DNA of 19,220 nt from a virus (taxonomy: Duplodnaviria; Heunggongvirae; Uroviricota; Caudoviricetes), in IMG/VR virus record IMGVR_UViG_2778261559_000018. One strand, written 5' to 3'. Below are positions 8,622 to 19,220 of this stretch, piece by piece. Position 1 is the first letter of the stretch. The number at the start of each line of letters is the position of its first letter. The notes under the pieces were generated by a model. It ran no database searches, was not told the origin of the DNA, and saw only the letters and a list, made by a program, of their open reading frames with translations. Both the position numbers and the translations under genes were made by a program.

Positions 8622-10717
8622 AACCATCCTCCGGAAGTCAGCCAGGGGTTAACATCGTCAGTTACTGTTTTCTTCCGTTTTTGTTTTTTAACAGGCGTGG
8701 ATACCGGTTCCGGTGAGGATGACGGTTCGGTACTGTCCTGGACACACTCCAGCCAGGTCTCCCGGCTCGCCCACTCCGGTGCATCCGGCCAGCGGATCTT
8801 TTCGTATCCATGCAGAATGACCAGAGCCTCGGCATACACCATCAGGTCAAAAGCTTCGTTGGCACCGCGACCCGGCTTACTCCATTTCCCGTCACTGCTC
8901 CGCTCTTCATACGTCAGTTCGTCGTAAAACCAGCTCCCCAGCCAGTCAGGGAAATGCACATAGCCTGGACCTGGCGAGTCACGCCATAACGCGTTATTCA
9001 CCCGGTCTTTCAGGGCATCCGTCTGAAGAAGCCAGAGCGGCACATCACCTGCGGCCTGCGCCCGGCGGCCCGTTCGTCCGGTGTTATCAGGGAATGTACG
9101 GCTGATCAGTTTTGCGCGCCGGATGCTGTCACCCTTAAACAGGTAAATACGTTTACCAAGGCCATCACGACGGCAACGACGCCAGAATTTATAGGCATTA
9201 TCAGTGACCCCGTCTTCACCGCCGGAGTCCACCGCCATTGCCATCAGTCGCATTTGTTGAGAAGGATCGGAGGCCAGCGGCCAGCTTTTATGAAAAACAT
9301 CCGTCAGCAGGACATCCCAGTCTTCCGGATAGCTGGCCGGATCAATTCGCTGGCTCTCCCCGTCGCAGTCACTGCGCAATGACTGCGTGATGTTGTAACG
9401 ATCAATAATCCAGCGTTCGCCACGACTGCCATAGCCCGTTACCTGAACCACAAAACGGCGATGACGTCCCGCCTGCACATCCACTGTCGCCACAAGGAAA
9501 TTAACGCCATCCGGCACACTGCGGGAAGGAACTGGCTCTGCCCGCTGCTCAAGCAGTTCACTTTTTCGTTGCTCCATGCTGGCACGAGGAAGATAAGGCA
9601 ATCCCCAGTCGGTGTTGATAACCGCCCTGAGTGTTTCTTCGCTTCCTGTCGCTTCATACTCCTGTTCTGCAGTCAGTAATTTGTAAACCAGTTGCGCCCA
9701 GGTCTGATACGCAGCAGCTGGCCCTTCCATCCAGAAACTGGCGATACGGGAGCGGCGCGGTTCACCGGAAACGTTGCCGTTACGATCAATGACCTGACCT
9801 TCACGCAACCAGACTCCTGCACTATTGAGCTCACGCTTTTTCTCCGCAGTGATAATGCCGCTGCAGTGCGGGCAAAGTAGATACGCCGCCTCACTGGCTT
9901 TAAAGGGATCCGGTTCATTACGGTAGCCGGTCATGGCATCCATGGCTGGCTGAAAATATTCACCGCAGTGCGGACATGACCAGTACCAGCGGCGGCGGTC
10001 ACCACGATTGTAAAGGGAAAGAATACCAGTCGTCGGTGGCGCTTCATGAGGCGACTTACGTCGCCATTTGCTGTCGCAGATGTCACGTCCCGGCGAGCTC
10101 TCCACCAGAGTCATCCCAGCGGACATAAATGTGGTGGTACGTTTTGAGGCCAGGGAGAAACCATCACCCTCGCTGTCGATATTCTCCGGAAAACGGTCGT
10201 AATCGGTTAAGGCGACAAACCGGTAATCCGACGACGACATAATGTTGACCGAGGGCCAACCAATTTTAAGGAACGAGCCATCTCTGAACGTCTTATCATG
10301 GACATTATTGTCGTTACGACGTGGACTCATTCTTTTCTTTACCGCCGCACTGCTTCTGAACGTTCTGTCGAGGCGCTTTTTAGAATGCTCGCGGGCCTTA
10401 TCTTCGGTCATCTGCACAACGAGCATGTCCGAAGGATCGCAAACGATGGTATAGACAATCCATCCATCGATCAGACCAATGGTCTTCCCTGTTCGCGCAG
10501 GACCAACAAAAATCACCGCATCGTATTCACGCGATGCCAGGCAGTTCATGGGCTCAATGATGTAGGGTGTCAGTTCAGGATCCCATGGCACCGAGTTACC
10601 AGCCCCCTTGGGAACACGCATGAATTTTTTAACAGCCTCCGAAATCGGCATGCGACGTGGTGGGGAAAATCCTGCCGATATGTCCCTTCCCAAATTTCGG
10701 GCTGATGAAAAACCCAT
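8618..10717 (-). CDS. Terminase large subunit (lambda gpA family)
   Basis: 699 aa; Walker A-like VGPARTGKT; lambda-A-like organisation; AGGAGG 6 nt upstream of ATG 10717. Confidence 0.95.
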   Translation of the reverse strand: MGFSSARNLGRDISAGFSPPRRMPISEAVKKFMRVPKGAGNSVPWDPELTPYIIEPMNCLASREYDAVIFVGPARTGKTIGLIDGWIVYTIVCDPSDMLVVQMTEDKAREHSKKRLDRTFRSSAAVKKRMSPRRNDNNVHDKTFRDGSFLKIGWPSVNIMSSSDYRFVALTDYDRFPENIDSEGDGFSLASKRTTTFMSAGMTLVESSPGRDICDSKWRRKSPHEAPPTTGILSLYNRGDRRRWYWSCPHCGEYFQPAMDAMTGYRNEPDPFKASEAAYLLCPHCSGIITAEKKRELNSAGVWLREGQVIDRNGNVSGEPRRSRIASFWMEGPAAAYQTWAQLVYKLLTAEQEYEATGSEETLRAVINTDWGLPYLPRASMEQRKSELLEQRAEPVPSRSVPDGVNFLVATVDVQAGRHRRFVVQVTGYGSRGERWIIDRYNITQSLRSDCDGESQRIDPASYPEDWDVLLTDVFHKSWPLASDPSQQMRLMAMAVDSGGEDGVTDNAYKFWRRCRRDGLGKRIYLFKGDSIRRAKLISRTFPDNTGRTGRRAQAAGDVPLWLLQTDALKDRVNNALWRDSPGPGYVHFPDWLGSWFYDELTYEERSSDGKWSKPGRGANEAFDLMVYAEALVILHGYEKIRWPDAPEWASRETWLECVQDSTEPSSSPEPVSTPVKKQKRKKTVTDDVNPWLTSGGWL

Positions 10718-10725
10718 TATTCCTC

Positions 10726-11253
10726 CTAGAGACTCTCTCCTTCCTCATCAGGAATTAATTCAGCAGCACAAGCCTCGTAGGATTTTTCCTGAAGAGTGTA
10801 TCGCAGGTCATCAATGGCCTGCTGTACAACGCCGACGGCCTGAGGAGTCAGGGCGCAATCGCGTTCAAGAACATCCGGAATTGTCTCCAGAACCTGGACG
10901 ACAGCCTTTCTCATGGACGAATAGACGATGACTACTTCATCAACGGGGATGAGTTTTCGCTGCTCCTTTTCCAGCTTGATCCTTTCATTTTCAGATTGGT
11001 ACCAGTCCTTTCTCTCTTTCGGCTCCATACGGGATGGATCATGAACAGAGTCTGCTGCCTCATGCTTCACACTAAACAGGGCTGGCCCGACATGCTGCAG
11101 GGCGTAAACGGGGTTCCCCCTGACAGTCGCAGCCACAGGAGTGTTAGCCGCGAGGAGCCGTTTTTTTACTGTGTCCCGGTGAAGCCCAAAGGCCTCAGCG
11201 ATTTTAAAAACACTCCAGTAATAAGCATCACCGATCCCGCTCACATTTGACAT
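10726..11253 (-). CDS. Terminase small subunit (Nu1-like)
   Basis: 175 aa from ATG 11253 with GGAG upstream; helix-turn-helix-like N-terminus; about 180 bp downstream of the predicted cosN and directly upstream of the large subunit. Confidence 0.8.
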   Translation of the reverse strand: MSNVSGIGDAYYWSVFKIAEAFGLHRDTVKKRLLAANTPVAATVRGNPVYALQHVGPALFSVKHEAADSVHDPSRMEPKERKDWYQSENERIKLEKEQRKLIPVDEVVIVYSSMRKAVVQVLETIPDVLERDCALTPQAVGVVQQAIDDLRYTLQEKSYEACAAELIPDEEGESL

Positions 11254-11432
11254 AAGCAACTCCATCTGGCAGGTGAAAATCATGTTTATTTATATATTTC
11301 AATTAATTGCAAACTGGTCTAATGACAGGGAGAAAGAAATATTGTACAGGTGAAAAGAGAAATAACTTTTAATTATCAATAAATTACCAAACATGCTGCC
11401 GCCGCCATGGAAATGCAAAAACTAGCCTTTTT

Positions 11433-11452
11433 CCGCGACGCTCCCGCCCCGT
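11433..11452 (-). other. cosN-like cohesive-end site (predicted 12-nt end GGGCGGGAGCGT on the minus strand at about 11438..11449)
   Basis: Minus-strand ACGGGGCGGGAGCGTCGCGG versus lambda ACGGGGCGGCGACCTCGCGG as remembered; upstream GGGTCCTCCCGGTG resembles the lambda cosQ region. Confidence 0.6.
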
Positions 11453-11478
11453 GGCAGGGGCCCCCACCGGGAGGACCC

Positions 11479-11501
11479 GACAGCCTGACAGCCTGACAGC
11501 C
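11479..11501. repeat. Three tandem copies of GACAGCC(T) on the distal side of cosN
   Basis: gacagcct gacagcct gacagcc read directly; a gcctgacag copy recurs near 11752. Confidence 0.5.
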
Positions 11502-11637
11502 GTGATGAGCATCTGATACAGCGCTTTACATAATGGCATAGGAATAATTCAGAAGGACATCACAGCATGCCCACACAAATTAGTGTGAGTGTCCTGTTTC
11601 TTCCTACGCACAGGACTGACGAGCATGAGGGGAAAAT

Positions 11638-11814
11638 ATGCGAACCATAAATGCCTCATCTTCAGCAATGCAACCGGCATCCGAACAGGACGATATTGTA
11701 AATTCACCTAATTACGAGGACATTGCAGTAGTTGAATTGCAGCTCTGTATTAGCCTGACAGTGACAGAATGCGATATTGACTCTGTCACAGGTGAAATAG
11801 TTTGAATGATTAGC
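11638..11814 (+). CDS. Hypothetical 58-aa ORF (uncertain; overlaps a conserved non-coding segment)
   Basis: ATG preceded by GAGGGG at 6 nt; below the ORF-track size threshold; no recognisable motifs. Confidence 0.2.
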
Positions 11815-11825
11815 AGTTATGGTGC

Positions 11826-12032
11826 TCAGTCAACCACCAGGGAATAATCCTTCGAATTCTTATCGTGCTTCACCAACGCTGCCTCAATTGCCCTGAATGC
11901 TTCCAGAGACACCTGATGTTCTATACATGCAATTACAACATCCGGGTAACTCATAGAAATGGTGCTATTAAGCATATTTTTTACACGAATCAGATCCAAC
12001 GAGACTTCATCAGCAGATTGTTCTTTATTCAT
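11826..12032 (-). CDS. Conserved 68-aa hypothetical protein, homolog of a small ORF in the lambda right arm between the lysis genes and cos
   Basis: ATG with GGAG 8 nt upstream; translation [39 protein letters not shown]... closely matches a lambda right-arm ORF as I remember it. Confidence 0.7.
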   Translation of the reverse strand: MNKEQSADEVSLDLIRVKNMLNSTISMSYPDVVIACIEHQVSLEAFRAIEAALVKHDKNSKDYSLVVD

Positions 12033-12332
12033 TTTGTCGCTCCATGCGTTTGCTCGTCATCTAGCGGTTAAAATATTACTTCAAATCTTACTGCATAAAA
12101 GAGGAAAAGTATGAAAGTTTGAGTACATCGACCTTACATACATCTGTCGGTTGCATATCCCTCCTGGATGCCAGCAAGGCTCAATTTTGTTACGCAATCA
12201 ACACTATTCATTAAAAACAGGCTTAATATTTGACATAAATCATCAACAAAACACAAAGAGGTCAGACCAGATTGAAACAATAAACACGATAATGCTAACT
12301 ACGCGCCATCGTATCACATGGAAGGTTTACCA

Positions 12333-12743
12333 ATGGCTCAGGCTGCCATTTTTAAAGAAATATTCGATCAAGTGCGTAAAGATTTAAACTGTGAATTATT
12401 TTATTCTGAGCTAAAACGTCACAATGTCTCACTTTATATTTACTATTTAGCCACAGATAATATTCACATTGTGTTAGAAAACGACAACATAGTGTTAGTA
12501 AAAGGACTCAAAAAGGTTGTAAATGTTAAATTCTCCAGAAACAAACATCTTATAGAGACCTCCTATAATAAGTTGAAATCAAAAGAAATCACATTTCAAC
12601 AATACAGGGAAAATCTTGCTAAAGCAGGAGTTTTCCGATGGGTTACAAATATCCAGGAACACCAAAGATATTACTATGCCTTTGATAACTCATTACTATT
12701 TACTGAAAGCATCCAGAAAACTACACAGATCTTACCACGCTAA
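12333..12743 (+). CDS. ydfO: DUF1398-family protein (YdfO/YbcV-like), opposite strand to the late operon
   Basis: 136 aa from ATG 12333 with GGAAGG upstream; same cos-proximal position as ydfO in Qin and ybcV in DLP12; assignment from synteny and length, not alignment. Confidence 0.6.
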   Translation: MAQAAIFKEIFDQVRKDLNCELFYSELKRHNVSLYIYYLATDNIHIVLENDNIVLVKGLKKVVNVKFSRNKHLIETSYNKLKSKEITFQQYRENLAKAGVFRWVTNIQEHQRYYYAFDNSLLFTESIQKTTQILPR

Positions 12744-12894
12744 ACCATAACGTCCGGCTTCTCTCACTCCTGAGCCGGACTGCATTGGTTTAATAAAAAC
12801 CATCAACAATTGTGATTTAGATATTCGGAACCATTCAAATATAACAAAACCCCGAAAAAACGAGGTTTATGGATAAATTTTATTATTGAATACA

Positions 12895-13068
12895 TCAGAT
12901 TAAATTAATCTTGACATCATAGCTTTCAAGACCCGTCATTTTTTCCCGTGCGGTAAACTGAATACTGGTAACTTCTTTCCCGGTCTTTTTCTTAAGTTCA
13001 ATAATTTTTTTTGTTATATATTCAGAAATATCTGCTTCTGCTTTTGTTTTTAAGTTTTCAATATTCAT
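12895..13068 (-). CDS. gnsB: GnsB-like protein (Gns family, 57 aa)
   Basis: Hand-translated MNIENLKTKAEADISEYITKKIIELKKKTGKEVTSIQFTAREKMTGLESYDVKINLI resembles GnsA/GnsB; GAGG 7 nt upstream; missed by the ORF track as <60 aa. Confidence 0.7.
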   Translation of the reverse strand: MNIENLKTKAEADISEYITKKIIELKKKTGKEVTSIQFTAREKMTGLESYDVKINLI

Positions 13069-13239
13069 CATTTCCTCTTTTAGTCTGTTATGACTTTCCA
13101 GTTACACAGTAAGTCGATTATATGGTGCAAACGTGTAAAAGATAAGATGAAACATCGCAATAATCAACATACGATAGTCTAAATTTTACACAAACAGACA
13201 AAGAGAATTTTCCTGAATTATCAATACAATAGCATCAAA

Positions 13240-13470
13240 TCAACTCAAGAGCCTTATTGCTGCTTCCAGAATTTCTTCTGAAGTAACATGTCGATCCGCG
13301 GCTACATAAATGACTTTATGATCTCCGGTCAGAGATGGAAACCCTGCGGCCATTACAGTAAGGTGTGTTTTTTCGCCATTTGGATATTCACGCATGATGG
13401 TGTTAACTCCAGTCATCGCTGGCACTACCACTGCTGGTTCAGAGTTAAAAAAAACTATGATTTTTTTCAT
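13240..13470 (-). CDS. YmcE/YnfN-like small protein (76 aa) upstream of gnsB
   Basis: ORF from ATG 13470 (MKKIIVFFNSEPAVVVPAMTG...); same position and orientation relative to gnsB as ymcE to gnsA in e14; weak ribosome-binding site. Confidence 0.5.
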   Translation of the reverse strand: MKKIIVFFNSEPAVVVPAMTGVNTIMREYPNGEKTHLTVMAAGFPSLTGDHKVIYVAADRHVTSEEILEAAIRLLS

Positions 13471-13514
13471 GATGTTACCGTAGTATGTGAGTATCCATCG
13501 AATAGATACCAAGC

Positions 13515-13537
13515 AAAAAAGCTCCCGAAGGAGCCTT
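13515..13537 (-). terminator. Rho-independent terminator downstream of cspI
   Basis: gctcc-cgaa-ggagc hairpin flanked by A6 on plus, giving a T6 tract on the minus strand. Confidence 0.5.
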
Positions 13538-13741
13538 CATTTTCACTTTTTTAAATCCAACGACAGACGGCTGGCATTTAAGTATTGTGAAATATTATCA
13601 AATGTAATCATCATTGATTTACAAAAGATACATTTTGCCCCGAAAGGATTCATGTCAGAAACATCAAAAGATGATGTTCTATACTGGGAACCATGACAAC
13701 ACGGGCATCTAAAGTGAATATGGTTTGTAATATTGTCTACC

Positions 13742-13954
13742 TCAAAGCGCCACTACATGAACAGCGGCAGGACCTTTAGGTCCGTTCTCAATACCAAATT
13801 CAACTTCCTGATTCTCAGTTAATGTTTTGAAATCGTTGCTCTGAATTGCTGAGAAATGGACAAACACATCTTTGCTGCCATCTTTCGGCGTGATGAAACC
13901 AAAACCTTTTTCAGGGTTAAACCATTTCACTAAACCAGTCATTTTGTTAGACAT
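13742..13954 (-). CDS. cspI: Cold-shock protein CspI
   Basis: 70 aa [70 protein letters not shown] with RNP motifs; matches E. coli CspI as remembered; long AT-rich 5' region. Confidence 0.95.
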   Translation of the reverse strand: MSNKMTGLVKWFNPEKGFGFITPKDGSKDVFVHFSAIQSNDFKTLTENQEVEFGIENGPKGPAAVHVVAL

Positions 13955-14316
13955 AATTATTACCTTTTGAAGAAATTAGCCCTTGGGCAGAATGGTCCGA
14001 AAAAAAATATCAGAGAGAAAAACCAACAAGGAAATCTCAAGAGGTACAAATAATAAAATTATAACAATGACTGCTTCAGATAAATTTGTAACAAACCAGA
14101 ACACCATTAACGCATGATTAACCACCCATAGCAAGGATTACTTTTGTAAAGAAAAACACAGCAATGAAAGAATAGCTTTATTTATTAATAAAACGTGTCA
14201 TTCTGATTAAGACCTTTTATCTTACCCTTAAGATTTCAGGAATTTTGGCTCATGGAAGAGTCCTTTTTATTTAAATTTTACATTCCGCGATGTAAATGTT
14301 CCGATTTAATATTACC

Positions 14317-15340
<1,024 letters not shown>

Positions 15341-15344
<4 letters not shown>

Positions 15345-15652
15345 ATATATTTATGATGAGGACGCTCGTGCTTATTGGCAGGATTTTCAATCTTAAAGGA
15401 GTACTGATGCTGCAGATAAGACTCAACTTTTTCTGACAATTTTTCTGCTACTTCCAGGAAGACTTGCCGGACGCTCCTTCTGGCTGCTGCCTCATAAAAC
15501 TCCAGCGCAGCTCCTTCAACACGGTCCATGGCGACATCCAGGTCAAAAATTTCACCGTCAAAGCGTTCCTTGTCCTGTAAGGCTACAGTTACCGTAACTT
15601 TATTCTCAAAATTACGGACTCCTTTCACAACCAGTTCATAGTCTTGAGTCAT
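15341..15652 (-). CDS. ydfR: YdfR-like soluble protein of unknown function (DUF1327-type) inserted between holin and endolysin
   Basis: 103 aa, no transmembrane segment, acidic; GAGGAGAG upstream; same position as ydfR in the Qin lysis cassette. Confidence 0.7.
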
Positions 15653-15656
15653 TGGA

Positions 15657-15872
15657 TTACTCTCCTCTCGCAGCCTTACGCCTGTCTTCTTTAATCTTGA
15701 AATAAAGATTTGTCAGATACGTCAGCAGGCCAAAAACCAGGCTACCCAGCACACCGATTGCAGCCCACTGTGACGGAGTTACTTTATCGAGTAACTGTAA
15801 TGCCCAGAAACCAGCATTACCCGCCGATGTGCCATAGGCAACACCTGTTGTTAACTTATCCATTGATTTCAT
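15657..15872 (-). CDS. essQ: Class II pinholin (phage 21 S-like) with dual-start motif MKSM (antiholin Met1, holin Met4)
   Basis: 71 aa [28 protein letters not shown]...[23 protein letters not shown]...[10 protein letters not shown]; two transmembrane segments, charged C-terminus; near-identical architecture to S21 68/71. Confidence 0.85.
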   Translation of the reverse strand: MKSMDKLTTGVAYGTSAGNAGFWALQLLDKVTPSQWAAIGVLGSLVFGLLTYLTNLYFKIKEDRRKAARGE

Positions 15873-16091
15873 ATCCTCACCCCGATGTACACGGATGGTG
15901 CAATATGTTTGAAAAAGATCGGAGTCTACGGGGTAGTTTTGACAGCACACGTTGTTCTCAACGGCGCTAAAGAAACATACACATTAAAAATGTGAGTAAT
16001 TATTTTGAAAGAAAGTCATATATAAAATAATAATACGAGAAATGTTTTCATATTTAGTGTACTGTATACGGCCATTATACAGGAAAAGCCT

Positions 16092-16262
16092 ATGTCAGAA
16101 CGTAAAGACTCAAAATCACGCCGTAATTATCTCGTTAAATGTTCCTGCCCAAACTGCACCCAAGAGTCAGAACACAGTTTTTCAAGAGTACAAAAAGGTG
16201 CCCTTTTGATCTGCCCTCATTGCAACAAAGTATTCCAGACAAATCTTAAAGCTGTAGCCTGA
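16092..16262 (+). CDS. Small zinc-ribbon protein (56 aa, CxxC...CxxC), possibly YnfU-like
   Basis: Hand-translated MSERKDSKSRRNYLVKCSCPNCTQESEHSFSRVQKGALLICPHCNKVFQTNLKAVA; AGGA 8 nt upstream of ATG; below the ORF-track threshold. Confidence 0.5.
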   Translation: MSERKDSKSRRNYLVKCSCPNCTQESEHSFSRVQKGALLICPHCNKVFQTNLKAVA

Positions 16263-16321
16263 TTGATTTTATTAGTAACAAGTATTTTTTATATTTTAAT
16301 AATATATTTAAAGCAGATAAT

Positions 16322-16344
16322 AAAAAACCCGCCTGAGCGGGTTT
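16322..16344 (-). terminator. Rho-independent terminator (minus-strand polarity), probable cspB terminator
   Basis: aaacccgc-ctga-gcgggttt hairpin followed on the minus strand by TTTTATTAT. Confidence 0.6.
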
Positions 16345-16625
16345 GAGATTGTGGTGCTTTTTGTGGGAGTCATCCACTTACGCACTTTGTTTTGCGATGC
16401 CAGCAGTTAGCTTCTGCTGTGAAACTATTCATGCAGCAAACCTGCACTTCACCACAATGGTTAGCATACTTTTCCTGATTAAGATTTTGCCAAATATGCT
16501 AGCCATTGTTTCATGTATTGGACCTCCTTACTTTTTATTAAAGAGATCCAATATTCACTACTCTGTCCGTATCTCTACTCAGGCATCAGCCTTCTTCGTT
16601 ATCGTATACAGACGAGCGATGAATT

Positions 16626-16841
16626 TTAATCAGTAATGATGACATTTGCTGCTGCAGGACCTTTAGCACCTCTCTCTATAGAGAAGGTAACCTTTTGACC
16701 TTCAAATAAGGTTCGATAATTATCATTCTGAATCGCAGAAAAATGCACAAACACATCTTTACTACCATCAACAGGAGAAATAAAGCCGAAACCTTTATCA
16801 GCGTTAAACCATTTTACTAAACCAGTCATTTTATTTGACAT
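16626..16841 (-). CDS. cspB: Cold-shock protein CspB
   Basis: 71 aa [71 protein letters not shown]; matches E. coli CspB as remembered. Confidence 0.95.
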   Translation of the reverse strand: MSNKMTGLVKWFNADKGFGFISPVDGSKDVFVHFSAIQNDNYRTLFEGQKVTFSIERGAKGPAAANVIITD

Positions 16842-17139
16842 TCTACATTCCTTAACTTGAGCCTTTCGGCATAAATGGTTTGCATAACAGAAACGACTTC
16901 GTACTTAATTGGAGAGACTCAAAGAAGGAATAAGTGAATAACACCTGAAATGAGAACTGCTTTAGTAAACTACTTCGTATATCGTCTGTTCTTCAAACCG
17001 ACGCAGTCATTAACTCATAGTTGAACATATGAAGCAATGTTTATTTTAGACATCCAGCCACCTTCAATCCTATCAAAAAAGTAGTTTTCTCCAGGAACGT
17101 GTGTATGGTGCACCAGGTTATCAGTATTAAGGAGTTTTT

Positions 17140-17345
17140 CTGTCCCCTAAAATGACAGGAATTGTCAAAAACTTTGACTACAAAAGCAGCAAAGGTCTTA
17201 TATTCCCATCCGATGGCGTATCGATGCCCAGCTTCACGTTTCAGCTCTCAATCTTCGAGATGCAGAAGAAATTACCACAGGATTACGCGTGGAATTTTGC
17301 TGGATAAATGGTTCGCGTGGACCTTCAACTGCCAATGTTTATCCC
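17140..17345 (+). pseudogene. cspF: cspF-like cold-shock gene, inactivated: single-base deletion frameshift after the SDG codons, CTG at the ancestral start position, no in-frame stop after the domain
   Basis: Frame 1 encodes (L)[25 protein letters not shown] and frame 0 continues [42 protein letters not shown]; together one cold-shock domain split at about 17217; AAGGAG sits 5 nt upstream of the CTG. Confidence 0.55.
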
Positions 17346-17384
17346 GGGATGAGATTCAATATCTCTATTGCCCCATTTAAAGCA

Positions 17385-17420
17385 CAAAAACCCGCTTATA
17401 AGCGGGTTTTCTACTTTTTT
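17385..17420. terminator. Bidirectional rho-independent terminator: cspF terminator on plus, tR'-like terminator of the short late leader on minus
   Basis: Perfect palindrome cccgcttataagcggg flanked by A5 upstream and a T-rich tract downstream. Confidence 0.6.
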
Positions 17421-17456
17421 CTAAACGTCGGATACACAAAGCCCATCGTTGAGAAA

Positions 17457-17485
17457 ATCTTATCCATATTTTTTGAAAAATGCAA
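17457..17485 (-). promoter_or_regulatory. Candidate late promoter pR' (-35 TTGCAT, 17-bp spacer, -10 TAAGAT) with lambda-like initial transcribed sequence CTCAACGATGGG
   Basis: Lies just downstream of the Q stop on the minus strand; the initial transcribed motif matches the lambda pR' pause region as remembered; hairpin terminator about 55-65 nt downstream. Confidence 0.5.
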
Positions 17486-17516
17486 ACATCATGTCGCCAT
17501 CTTCAGCAAAAATCAT

Positions 17517-19220
<1,704 letters not shown>

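Noticed and set aside
12753-12781. 8-bp stem inverted repeat (gtccggct ... agccggac) after the DUF1398 gene as a terminator
   Set aside because: The 13-nt loop and absence of a clean downstream U-tract make a rho-independent terminator call unsafe.
14277-14296. Inverted repeat tttacat-N6-atgtaaa between Rz and cspI
   Set aside because: AT-rich and short, with no adjacent T-tract; could be an operator in the cspI upstream region but there is not enough evidence to call it.
16343-16636. 97-aa plus-strand ORF in the cspB 3' region
   Set aside because: Hydrophobic, low-complexity translation, no ribosome-binding site, overlaps the terminator and the cspB end; judged non-coding.

Overview
The window is the late region of a mosaic lambdoid prophage (Qin-like in its lysis and cold-shock cargo, lambda-like in cos, Q and pR'), with almost all genes on the minus strand. 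Reading right to left: a lambda-Q-like antiterminator remnant split by an IS3-family insertion sequence and carrying an in-frame amber codon; a candidate late promoter (pR'-like) with a short leader and terminator; the divergent cold-shock pair cspB and a frameshifted cspF-like pseudogene; a small zinc-ribbon ORF missed by the ORF track; a lysis cassette (dual-start pinholin, YdfR-like protein, SAR endolysin, Rz with embedded Rz1); cspI; a cos-proximal cargo cluster (YmcE-like, GnsB-like, DUF1398 on the opposite strand, a 68-aa ORF); a lambda-like cos site; then a complete lambda-order morphogenesis module (Nu1, A, W, portal, fused ClpP-protease/scaffold/capsid, FII-like, Z, U, V, G/G-T, tape measure ending at the window edge). 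No tRNA, rRNA, CRISPR array, integrase or recognisable defence system was found. Interest lies in the decay of late-gene control beside apparently intact structural genes, and in small unannotated ORFs. All family assignments come from reading the translations and from memory of reference proteins; no database search was run. Coordinates follow the ORF track; fine positions of non-coding motifs may be off by 1-2 nt.
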